From Spirochaetia bacterium (GTDB taxonomy: Bacteria > Spirochaetota > Spirochaetia > SZUA-6 > Bin103), in NCBI GenBank assembly GCA_965203055.1, contig OZ241863.1, positions 416,001-480,000 of the forward strand: a stretch of DNA of 64,000 nt. The letters run 5' to 3'. Numbering within the stretch: position 1 is the stretch's first letter; each line of letters begins with the position of its first letter. Under the pieces are notes generated by a model, which did no database searches, was not told the origin of the DNA, and saw nothing but the letters and a program-made list of their open reading frames with translations. Below, piece by piece: positions 53,259-61,509 of the stretch. The position numbers and the translations under genes are program-made.

Positions 53259-55046
53259 CTAAACCGGGGTACCCCGCAACGTGACGTGACCGTTATCATG
53301 CAACTTGAACTTCGGCTTCTGCAGGTAGGTGTTGACACTGGCAGCGCTGACCCCAAACTTTGCGGGGATTTCCTTGAATAATCGGCTGGTGGTGGTGACT
53401 CCTCCTCCTTCTTCAATGCGCTGAACAATTTCGGCTTCGATGCCTTCGTATTTGTCATCGATCCATTCGGAAAGACCCCACCGCGACTTGTCAGCTCGTA
53501 CGACGTTTGGAAAGCCCGACAAGTATGATCCCACCTTGGCTGAGCCGAGACCGCAGACCTCGGCGATCTCCTCGCGGGTGGCGGGAGCGCCGATCGAAAG
53601 AAGCGCAGCTTTCGTCCGGGCTCTGTCAGAGTCTCGCAGCGCCAGGAAGCCGAACACGTCATAGAACGCGCAGCACTCCAACAGCAGGGTCCAATGTTGC
53701 TCCCATCCCTGATCAGGCAAGATGGCCTTCAGGCGCGCTTCGTCGATGATGCCGTCCTCCGCGACGGCAGGCGCAGCGCGTCGTAGTCGGTCAACGATCA
53801 GGCAGGCCGATGCGTCGAGACATACGCCATTCGTTATCCGCGGGTATTGCAGGCCGCTCTTGATCGCGTGACGTGCGAGCGCTGCGCCTTGGGTGCCGTC
53901 ATCAACGATCAATCTGTCGATCCGTGAATCGACCTCACGCTCTCTGACGATCGCTCCCAGTTGGGTTCTGAGTACCAGGGAAATAGTACTCAGTTCCCGG
54001 CCAAATACCTGCTCATATTTCGTTATCAGCGCCACCTGTATCTGCCGAACACGTTCCCGGGTAACGCCTACCATGTTGCCGACTTCCACGAGGGTATCCG
54101 GCGGATCAGCGAGAATACGACGGTCGAGCACGGTTCGTCGCGTCGACGTCAAGGTGTTGCACATACGCTTTGCTTCAGTCAACAATACGGCTGAAAGGTG
54201 TGTGTGGTGTGCTGATAGGGCGTCGATATCGATACCTATGAGCTTATCTTGGATGCCGATTATGGTGGCCAGTCGAGCAAAGTTTGATGCAAGCAAATCA
54301 GCCATCGAAGTGGCGCCATAGAATTCAGAAGAAGCTGCAAGCAACTGGCTCAATGGTGCTCGAACGATCTCTGCCGATGCGGTATCATGATGGGAATTCG
54401 GTGCAGGCGAGTGCTCATATGGATGCGGAGCACCCTCGATGCACGTTAGCAAGTAATCCTCAACCACGAGAAGCATATCTTGTAGTGAAGTCTGCCCAAA
54501 GTGTCGAATGGGGATCAGGTCTTTCACCAAGACGTGGTCGGTTCCACTGAACAGCCCGGCGGCGGTCAGGCAATTCCACGTACGAACGCTGAACGGCTGA
54601 GTTTTCAGTAGTGATCGATCAAGACCGCTCGGAAAGGCGACGCAAGAAAGTCCCGGCTGGTCGCCGGCGTGAACGGCCGCCAGCGCCTCATTCATGTCGG
54701 CGAGATGGCGGCGCGCGTCATCGGCAGACGGCCGGAGCGTGATGTTGTAGAGTGGGGAGCGGCCGGGGGTAACGGCGGGCTCCAGCACGCCTTTGGTGAC
54801 CAGGTCATTGACGGCTCGTTGAATGGTGGAGGGGGCGATGCCGGGCAGATCCGATCGACATGTCGCGTGCACCTCCGCGGCGGTCATCGGCCGGCCATGA
54901 GATTCGATGGATGCCCGTATGGTCTCACGGAGTTCACGTCGAAACGTCACGGAGTCGAAATGATCGGAGTCGTTCGTGAGTACGGTCGTCTGTTTATGGG
55001 GTTGGCCAACGCGCGGCGGGATGGCTCCGGCTGGAAGATCAGGCAC
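53259..55046 (-). CDS. Multi-HTH protein with RNAP alpha-CTD-like and sigma70 region 4-like segments
   Basis: FSVRTWNCL...FGQTSL (alphaCTD-like) and TLVEVGNMVGVTRERVRQI (sigma4 HTH). Visibly lower GC than its flanks. Start uncertain and C-terminus possibly truncated. Confidence 0.7.
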   Translation of the reverse strand: MPDLPAGAIPPRVGQPHKQTTVLTNDSDHFDSVTFRRELRETIRASIESHGRPMTAAEVHATCRSDLPGIAPSTIQRAVNDLVTKGVLEPAVTPGRSPLYNITLRPSADDARRHLADMNEALAAVHAGDQPGLSCVAFPSGLDRSLLKTQPFSVRTWNCLTAAGLFSGTDHVLVKDLIPIRHFGQTSLQDMLLVVEDYLLTCIEGAPHPYEHSPAPNSHHDTASAEIVRAPLSQLLAASSEFYGATSMADLLASNFARLATIIGIQDKLIGIDIDALSAHHTHLSAVLLTEAKRMCNTLTSTRRTVLDRRILADPPDTLVEVGNMVGVTRERVRQIQVALITKYEQVFGRELSTISLVLRTQLGAIVREREVDSRIDRLIVDDGTQGAALARHAIKSGLQYPRITNGVCLDASACLIVDRLRRAAPAVAEDGIIDEARLKAILPDQGWEQHWTLLLECCAFYDVFGFLALRDSDRARTKAALLSIGAPATREEIAEVCGLGSAKVGSYLSGFPNVVRADKSRWGLSEWIDDKYEGIEAEIVQRIEEGGGVTTTSRLFKEIPAKFGVSAASVNTYLQKPKFKLHDNGHVTLRGTPV

Positions 55047-55168
55047 GCAAGGAGTATAGCATAACGTCGTGTGCCGGCCCGGCTCCGGGCGGCGCCACCG
55101 AAGCCGCATCCCGTCCGTGTGTCGGGTGGGTGAATCGGCTATCATGTGATGTGACCGAGGGACGATAG

Positions 55169-56176
55169 ATGAGTGCATTCTGGGAGCAGGTGGGCGGCAG
55201 TCTCGAACGGGGTGAGCGGGTGTTCGTGGCCTGCGTAGCCGAGCATACCCGCGGTTCGCCCGGCACCGCGGGGGCGAAGCTGATGGTGGCCGAGGGCGGG
55301 GACCGGTGCGGCACCATCGGCGGCGGCATGATGGAGCACCGGCTGGTCGAGCAGGCGCGGGCGGCGCTGCGCGGCGGCGCGGCGGCGCCGGAGAAGCGCA
55401 CCCTGGTGCATAGCGACACCGGCGACGGCGCGGCGGGCGAGCGGTCCGGCCTGGTGTGCGAGGGCCGCCAGACCAACGTCTTCTGCGTGCTGGCCGGGGA
55501 TCGTGATCGGGCGACCGTACGCGCGGTTGCCGCGGCGCTGCGCGAGGACCGGCCGGCGTGGATGGTGATCGATGCGGCCGGCCTGCGCCTCACGCGGCGG
55601 GAGCCGGACTTCTCCCGGCCGCCGTTCGTTCTGAGCGAGGAGGAAGGCGGAGGCTGGCGCTACGAGGAGGACCTGCTCAACCGGCGCCGGCTGGCGGTCA
55701 TCGGCGGCGGCCACTGCGCGGCAGCGTTGGCCGAGGTGACGGCGCGGCTCGGCTACCGGGTGCGGCTGTTCGACACCCGCGCCGAGGTGGTCGCCCACGA
55801 CCGGGCGGCGGCGTTCGGCGCCGTGTCCCACGTGGCCGATTACGCGGCGGCGGGACCGCGCATCGCCTACCCGGAGTTGACCGCGGTGGTGGTGATGACC
55901 GCCGACTACCGCACCGACGCGCGCGCGTTGCTCGGCGTCCTGAGCCTGCCCGTTCCCTTCGTCGGGCTGATGGGCGGCAGAAAGAAGATCGACCGGATAT
56001 TCTCCCTGCTGCAGGAGGAAGGCATCGCACGCCAGGCGCTCGACCGGGTTCGCGCACCGGTGGGGCTCGACATCGGCAGCGAGACGCCGGAGGAGATCGC
56101 CGTCAGCGTCGCCGCGCAGCTCCTGCGCGAACGGCACCGAGCACCCGCTCCGTCCCCTCCGCGACCGCGGCCGTGA
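55169..56176 (+). CDS. xdhC: XdhC/CoxI family xanthine dehydrogenase accessory protein
   Basis: GSxPG..GAKL, GTIGGG, GLVCEG, GGGH, VGLDIGSETPEEIAVS. Confidence 0.9.
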   Translation: MSAFWEQVGGSLERGERVFVACVAEHTRGSPGTAGAKLMVAEGGDRCGTIGGGMMEHRLVEQARAALRGGAAAPEKRTLVHSDTGDGAAGERSGLVCEGRQTNVFCVLAGDRDRATVRAVAAALREDRPAWMVIDAAGLRLTRREPDFSRPPFVLSEEEGGGWRYEEDLLNRRRLAVIGGGHCAAALAEVTARLGYRVRLFDTRAEVVAHDRAAAFGAVSHVADYAAAGPRIAYPELTAVVVMTADYRTDARALLGVLSLPVPFVGLMGGRKKIDRIFSLLQEEGIARQALDRVRAPVGLDIGSETPEEIAVSVAAQLLRERHRAPAPSPPRPRP

Positions 56177-56196
56177 GGACGGCCTCGTGACGGGTG

Positions 56197-57012
56197 TTAT
56201 TCGACTTCCATGATCTCGGGATCGAGCTGATACCAGAACACGGCTCCGGCATCGATGCTGTCGCCGATGCGGTCATCTCGCCGCATGCCTGACACCACGG
56301 CGTAGGCGTTCCGGCCCGTGAATCGGGTAAGGAAATCCGCGTTGCGGAGCGCCCGGGTCGTATCCCTTCCGTTGGCGGTGTAGGAGATCTCCACGGCGAC
56401 GTAGCAGGATTCGCCTGCCTCATCGGTCGCCTCCATGATCAGGTCGGCTCTTCGGAAGCTGCGCAGGTCGGCGCGGTCGATCGCGGTCGTGTCGGCGCGG
56501 TCGGTCAGCTCCCATAGATCATCGTGCGTCAGCGTCTTCGTGCGCCGCAAACCCAGGTCCCGAGCGATGGTGGAAGCCTCCGCGACCGCCGCATTTCTGG
56601 CATGGGCGCCTTTGAGGACGCCCAGGTCGTCCATCATCCTGTCGGTCTTGGTCTCCAGACGATCGAAGCGACGATCGGTAGCGGCGATGAAGCTATGCAC
56701 TTCCTCGCGGAGTGCAACCTGTTGTTCGGCCAACTCGGAGAGCCGCTCGCCCAACGCCGAGAGCCGTTCGGTCAACGCCGAGACCTGTTCGGCCAACGCC
56801 GAGACCCGCTCGGTCAACGCCGAGACCCGTTCGGCCAACTCCGAGACCCGCGCCGGCAGCTCGAGCAGTTCACGCGTGAGTATCCGGGATCGGAGGGCTT
56901 CCAGCCACTGCGGATGCCGGTCCAGCAGTGCGATCAGGTCTTCTATCGTATCGACGGCGTTCGTCGCGGGCATCTTGGCAAACAACTCCGGGGCGGTCGT
57001 CACGACCACCAT
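56197..57012 (-). CDS. Coiled-coil repeat protein with probable PD-(D/E)XK-like C-terminus
   Basis: Heptad repeats (ERVSAL), then ADLI...VAVEIS...RA. Start uncertain. Confidence 0.7.
   Translation of the reverse strand: MVVVTTAPELFAKMPATNAVDTIEDLIALLDRHPQWLEALRSRILTRELLELPARVSELAERVSALTERVSALAEQVSALTERLSALGERLSELAEQQVALREEVHSFIAATDRRFDRLETKTDRMMDDLGVLKGAHARNAAVAEASTIARDLGLRRTKTLTHDDLWELTDRADTTAIDRADLRSFRRADLIMEATDEAGESCYVAVEISYTANGRDTTRALRNADFLTRFTGRNAYAVVSGMRRDDRIGDSIDAGAVFWYQLDPEIMEVE
56720..56850 (-). repeat. About six 21-bp tandem repeats encoding coiled-coil heptads
   Basis: Recurrent cggtcaacgccgagacc / cggccaacgccgagacc units at 21-nt period. Confidence 0.8.
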
Positions 57013-57035
57013 AGCAGGTTCCGACCGTAAGCGCC

Positions 57036-57760
57036 AATCTGCAGCAGGTGTTGGGGAGCCGTAGCGGCGCCCGCTGGTGCGGTCCACGTAGCGGCCGCGG
57101 TCGCGCCGCCGCACCTCGCGCTTGACCGCCGCCGGGATAGCGCGGCCGGTCACGCCTGTCTTCGGCGCCGAAGTGGCGTCGGTCGCCGGCTTCGCTGCCG
57201 AAGTGACCGGGCGGTCAGCGGCTTCGTCTCCCGGCTGCGCCGGCGCCTGAGCCGATACCTTCGCCGCCGAAGGAGCGGCGCTGTCCGCGCCGGCCTCCTG
57301 CTTCGCTGCCGAGGCAGCGCCGCGAGCCGAGGCTGCCTGCGTCTTCGCCGCCGAAGTTTGCTCGGCGCCTTTGGCCGGCGCGGCGCGCCGCCCGGGCCGG
57401 ATCGTGGCGGTCGAGCCCTTCCCGCACCAGCCGCCCCATGAACTGCCCCAACGTCAGGTGCGGGTCAACGTGGGACAGGAGGCCCTTGAGCCGCTCCAAG
57501 CCCCGCCGGTACTCATCGTCGATCACCGCCTTGAGTTCCCAGCGCCCGCCGCCCAGCGGCCGCACCCGATCCGCCGGCGCCGCCAGCTCCGGGTCCACCT
57601 CGGCCAGCACTGCATCACCTGCCGGCTGCTCTTGCCGGACGCCTGCTCCACCAAGTCCCGCCGCGCCTCCGAGTTCAGCACCGGCGCCGGCACCGGCTTC
57701 CGCTCCGCCGGCTTCCGCTCTGCCGAACGCGGCGGCGCCGAGCCCTCCTGCGACTGAGCG
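57036..57760 (-). pseudogene. Fragmented HNH-endonuclease-type gene
   Basis: RAIPAAVKREVxRRD.GR, then a frameshifted QHLLQI that breaks off before the HNH Asp-His. Upstream pieces (ELKAVID..GLERLKGLLSH) lie in other frames. Confidence 0.7.
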
Positions 57761-57899
57761 GCAGCCCCGCACCCGGCCCCGCGCGGCGCGCTACGCGCCG
57801 CGCGTTCCTTCTTGCGCTCCTGCCGGTCGAACGCATGCTGCAACTGCGCGGCCGCTTTCAGCGTCATCGTGCCATTCTGCAGTATAATCATGGAAACTA

Positions 57900-57988
57900 C
57901 TTGAGTCGCCGGCGCGGGCGGCGTTGAGGGCAAGCAGGCGGGCGAGCACTTCGTCGCGGACTTCGTCGGGCCAACGCCAGCGGTAGTG
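57900..57988 (-). pseudogene. C-terminal scrap of a type II (IIG/IIL-like) restriction-modification methyltransferase
   Basis: Minus strand reads HYRWRWPDEVRDEVLARLLALNAARA with no upstream gene body. Family assignment is from recall. Confidence 0.6.
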
Positions 57989-58155
57989 AGGTGGTCCCGG
58001 TTGGTTAGACAGTCCGAGGGGTAGGTTAAGGTGTATCCGTCCTCAAGTTGAGGCGTTACCTGCTGAACCGCTCGGTAGACGCCGCTTCTCAGGGGTAGTA
58101 TGCTCGGTCTGCGGGTCCGTTGGGTCCTAACTCTTGTTCGGGAGGAATGAGTCGT

Positions 58156-58371
58156 ATGTCACAACACGTCGTTTCACGAGATGGCAAGTGGGCGGTGCGC
58201 AGGGGCGGTGCCGATCGCGTTACGCGACGTTTCGACACGCAACGTGAAGCCATCGACGCTGCACGTGAGCTTGCCCGTAAGCAGAAAACCATATTGTACA
58301 TCCATGGAGAGGATGGCAGAATTATAAAGCGAGACTCTTATGGGGAGGACCCATTTCCACCGAAAGGGTAA
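58156..58371 (+). CDS. DUF2188 family protein
   Basis: HVV..DGKWAV...FDTQREAI..AR...IHGEDGRI..RDSYG.DP.PPKG; GGAGG upstream. Confidence 0.88.
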   Translation: MSQHVVSRDGKWAVRRGGADRVTRRFDTQREAIDAARELARKQKTILYIHGEDGRIIKRDSYGEDPFPPKG

Positions 58372-58383
58372 TCACAGCGCCGG

Positions 58384-58918
58384 TTGACCCCAACTTTGAT
58401 CGAAACGTATTCCTGAACGAAGTGATGCTGGCGAATCACGGGTGGAGAAGATCATTCAACTTATTGAGTCATCCCGTTACTCGATTCACGACCTGAGCAG
58501 ATGCCAAGCCCGCGCGGCGCGGGAACACTACCGGCTCAACATGCCCTTTGAGCTTGGATTGGACTTCGGATGCCGACGTTATGGGGGCGAACCTCTTTCG
58601 GGGAAGGTCATTCTGATACTCGAGGAAAAGCCCTATCGCTATCAGGCGGCAATTTCCGACTTGGCAGGAAATGATATTGAAGCGCATGGCGGCGATCCGG
58701 AAACTGCCGTAAGGAAGGTCAGAAACTGGATTGACGGGCTCGGTGACTTCGAACTTATCGGACCTCATCGCATATTTTCAGAATATGAGGACTTCTATGA
58801 GTGGTACTACGAACGCCAACTGGAGGCCGGCTTTTCCGAACGTGACATCCAAGACTATTCCACCCCGAAACTCTTGAAGGAAATGCGCCATTGGACCGAA
58901 AAAGATAGGCCGCGATAA
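58384..58918 (+). pseudogene. Disrupted TIR/nucleoside-deoxyribosyltransferase-like protein
   Basis: The N-terminal PNFDRNVFLN is out of frame with ERSDAGESRVEKI...SIHDLSR...NMPFELG. Low GC. Confidence 0.6.
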
Positions 58919-58990
58919 GCATTCAGCGCCGCCGGAAGGAGTTCCCCGCTACCCAGGCTGGACGAAAGCTCCCGGTAAGCATCCGGCGGC

Positions 58991-60954
58991 CTAATCGGCC
59001 AGCTCCACCAGAAGCTGTTTGCCGGCCAGCGTCTGGCGCGCCCAATAGAGGTTCTGGTACTGATCGTAGCCGCCCTCTGCCAGCTTGGCCGTGCCGGTCG
59101 CGGTGGTGCCGCTGGCCGGCGCCGAAAAGGTCACGGTTGGGGCAGATTGGTAGCCGCTTCCCCCGTTCGTGACCGTCACCGACGCTACGCGCAGGGCCGC
59201 GGTGCCGGCGGCCGTGGTGCCGCCGCCCGGCGCCGCGCCGAAGGTCACGGTCGGGGCGGAGGTGTAGCCGCTCCCCCGGTTCGTGATCGTCACCGACGCT
59301 ATGCCGTAGCGCAGCACCGCGGTGCCGGCGGCGGTGGTGCCGCCGCTCGGCGCTGCGCCGAAGGTCACGGTGGGGGCGGAGGTGTAGCCGCTCCCCCCGT
59401 TCGTGATCGTCACCGACGCTACGCCGTAGCGCAGCACCGCGGTGCCGGCGGCGGTGGTGCCGGCGCCCGGCGCTGCGCCGAAGGTCACGGTCGGGACAGA
59501 GGTGTAGCCGCTTCCGGGGTTCGTGATCGTTACCTCCGCTACGCCGCTTTGCAGCACCGCGGTGCCGGTTGCCGTGTACGCGCTGCCCGTCGGCGAGGCC
59601 GAAAACGTCACGGAAGGGGCAGCCGTGTAGCCGCTCCCCGGGTTCGTGATCGTCACTGCCTCTATTCTGCTGGTTCTCAGCGTCGCGGTGCCGGCCGCAC
59701 CGCTGCCCCCTCCGCCCGAAAACGTCACGGATGGGGCGGTAGTGTAGCCGCTCCCCCGGTTCGTGATGCTTATGGTTAGCACTTGACCGCCGTGTATCGT
59801 CGCTGTTCCCGTTGCCCGGGTGCCACCGGACGGCGGAGCGCCAAACGTCACGGTTGGGGCCGACGTGTAACCGGTCCCAAAATTCGTCATCGTCACGCCG
59901 TCTAATTCGGTTCGCCGCGTTGCGGCGCCGGTCGCCGTGGTGCCGCCGGGCGGCGGCGCGCTGAACGTCACGGTCGGGTCAGAGGTATAGAATAGCCCCC
60001 GGAACGTGAGAGTCACTGCCGCTACGCCGCTTTGCCGCACCGCGGTGCCGGTGGCCGTGGTGCCGCCGGCCGGCGCCGCTCCGAACGTGACGCTGGGAAC
60101 CGACGTGTAGCCGCTCCCGGCGGTCCCGACCGTCACCGAATCGACGTACCTGGACCCAACGACGGTGCCGGTTGCCGTGGCGCCGCCGGCCGTCGGCGCT
60201 CCGAACGTGACGCTGGGAACCGACGTGTAGCCGCTTCCTGCAGTTCCCACCGTCACCGAATCGACGGTACCGGAGCCCACCACCGCGGCGCCGGTTGCCG
60301 TGGCGCCGCCGGCCGGCGGCGCCCCGAACGTCACGCTGGGAACCGTCGCGTAGCCGCTCCCTGCGGTCCCGACCGTCACGGAATCGACGGAGCCGACTGC
60401 GGCGCCGGTTGCCGTAGTGCCGCCGGCCGGCGGCGCCTCGAACGTGACGCTGGGAACCGACGCATAGCCGCTCCCCGGGTTCGCTATCGTGACCGATTCA
60501 ACCGTGTCGGAGGCGCCCGACTGATCCGGGGCGGTGAGCACCAGCGCCACCGCGCCCGCCCGGACGTCCGCGGTAACCGTCCACTCCGCGCCGGAGATGT
60601 CGGACGCGAAGACCGGCTTGGCGCTCGTGCTGGTGAACGGCAGCTCGTGCCCGCCAATCGAAACGCGCGCGCTGCCGCCGGTGAGCCGCTCCCAGGCATA
60701 CGGCGCGGAACGGCTGGACACGGCGCCCGTCAGGTTCGGTTCATCATCGCCAAAGTCAGCCGCGTTGATCGTCCAGCGCTTCTCCGCCGGCGCTGCCGGC
60801 TGCGGGGTTGGCGCGGGCTCGGTCGGCGGTTTACCCCCCCCCCTGAAGCCGGGTCGGCGGGCGCGGCGGCCGGGCGCGCCGCCTGGGAACAGGCCATCAG
60901 CGCGGCGATGCCGGCGGCCAGCAACAGCAATAACGGCGGCGATACCTTACTCAC
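58991..60954 (-). CDS. Repeat-rich surface lipoprotein copy 1, split by a frameshift at a G10 tract
   Basis: GGAGG plus GTG 60954, signal peptide LLLLLAAGIAALMAC, G10 at 60834-60843, then the -1 frame is open to the stop at 58991. Twelve GSGY..P.VTF repeats. Confidence 0.85.
60834..60843 (-). repeat. G10 homopolymer (slippage site), copy 1
   Basis: C10 on the + strand. G11 or G8 would fuse the two ORFs. Confidence 0.9.
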
Positions 60955-60992
60955 GATTCCTCCGGTGGCGTGTCCGCCCGTCGATCCGTCGA

Positions 60993-61325
60993 TCATGGTA
61001 GCACGGCTACGCTATGGGCGGTTTCGTGCGAATCTGCGGACGATTGAGACTCGGATGCGGGCATCCCCAACTCGTTCTCGATGCGCGCCAGGCGATCAGC
61101 CACGGCAACACGTAGATCGTCTACCTTCTCATCAAGCGCGTCGATACTACCCTCAATCTTGGCTATGTCGGCGCGGGCCTCGGCGATGGTCACGCTGGTT
61201 GCCTTCACGTCGCCGGATAGGTCGCCGATCTTACCGCTCAATACCCAGGCGGCACCGACGATAGCGATAACGACGGTCACCACCACACCGACGGCGGTAA
61301 CTATCAGGGTCTTGTTCTCACTCAC
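60993..61325 (-). CDS. Small TM plus coiled-coil hypothetical protein
   Basis: AGGAGG upstream of GTG; hydrophobic N-terminal helix followed by heptads. Confidence 0.7.
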   Translation of the reverse strand: MSENKTLIVTAVGVVVTVVIAIVGAAWVLSGKIGDLSGDVKATSVTIAEARADIAKIEGSIDALDEKVDDLRVAVADRLARIENELGMPASESQSSADSHETAHSVAVLP

Positions 61326-61401
61326 GGTCCACCTCCTGCCAGAACGGCAACAGGCAAGGCGGCCAACCTGCGGCCGCGTGATTCATGGCGCCAGCATACC
61401 A

Positions 61402-61476
61402 CGGCGCCAGATCCGCGGCAAGAAGATCGATATCAACGACAGCCTGTGGCTGGCTCGCATCTGCCAATTTGGTCTT
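61402..61476 (+). mobile_element. IS110-family transposase fragment
   Basis: Reads RRQIRGKKIDINDSLWLARICQFGL, resembling the IS110 GRKTDxxDAxWLA motif. Confidence 0.6.
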
Positions 61477-61509
61477 TCACAGCAAAGCTCCGGGTCGCTA
61501 GCCGGCGGC

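Noticed and set aside
57215..57772. 185-aa ORF as an intact gene
   Set aside because: Only part is protein-like; it is one frame of the fragmented HNH-type pseudogene.
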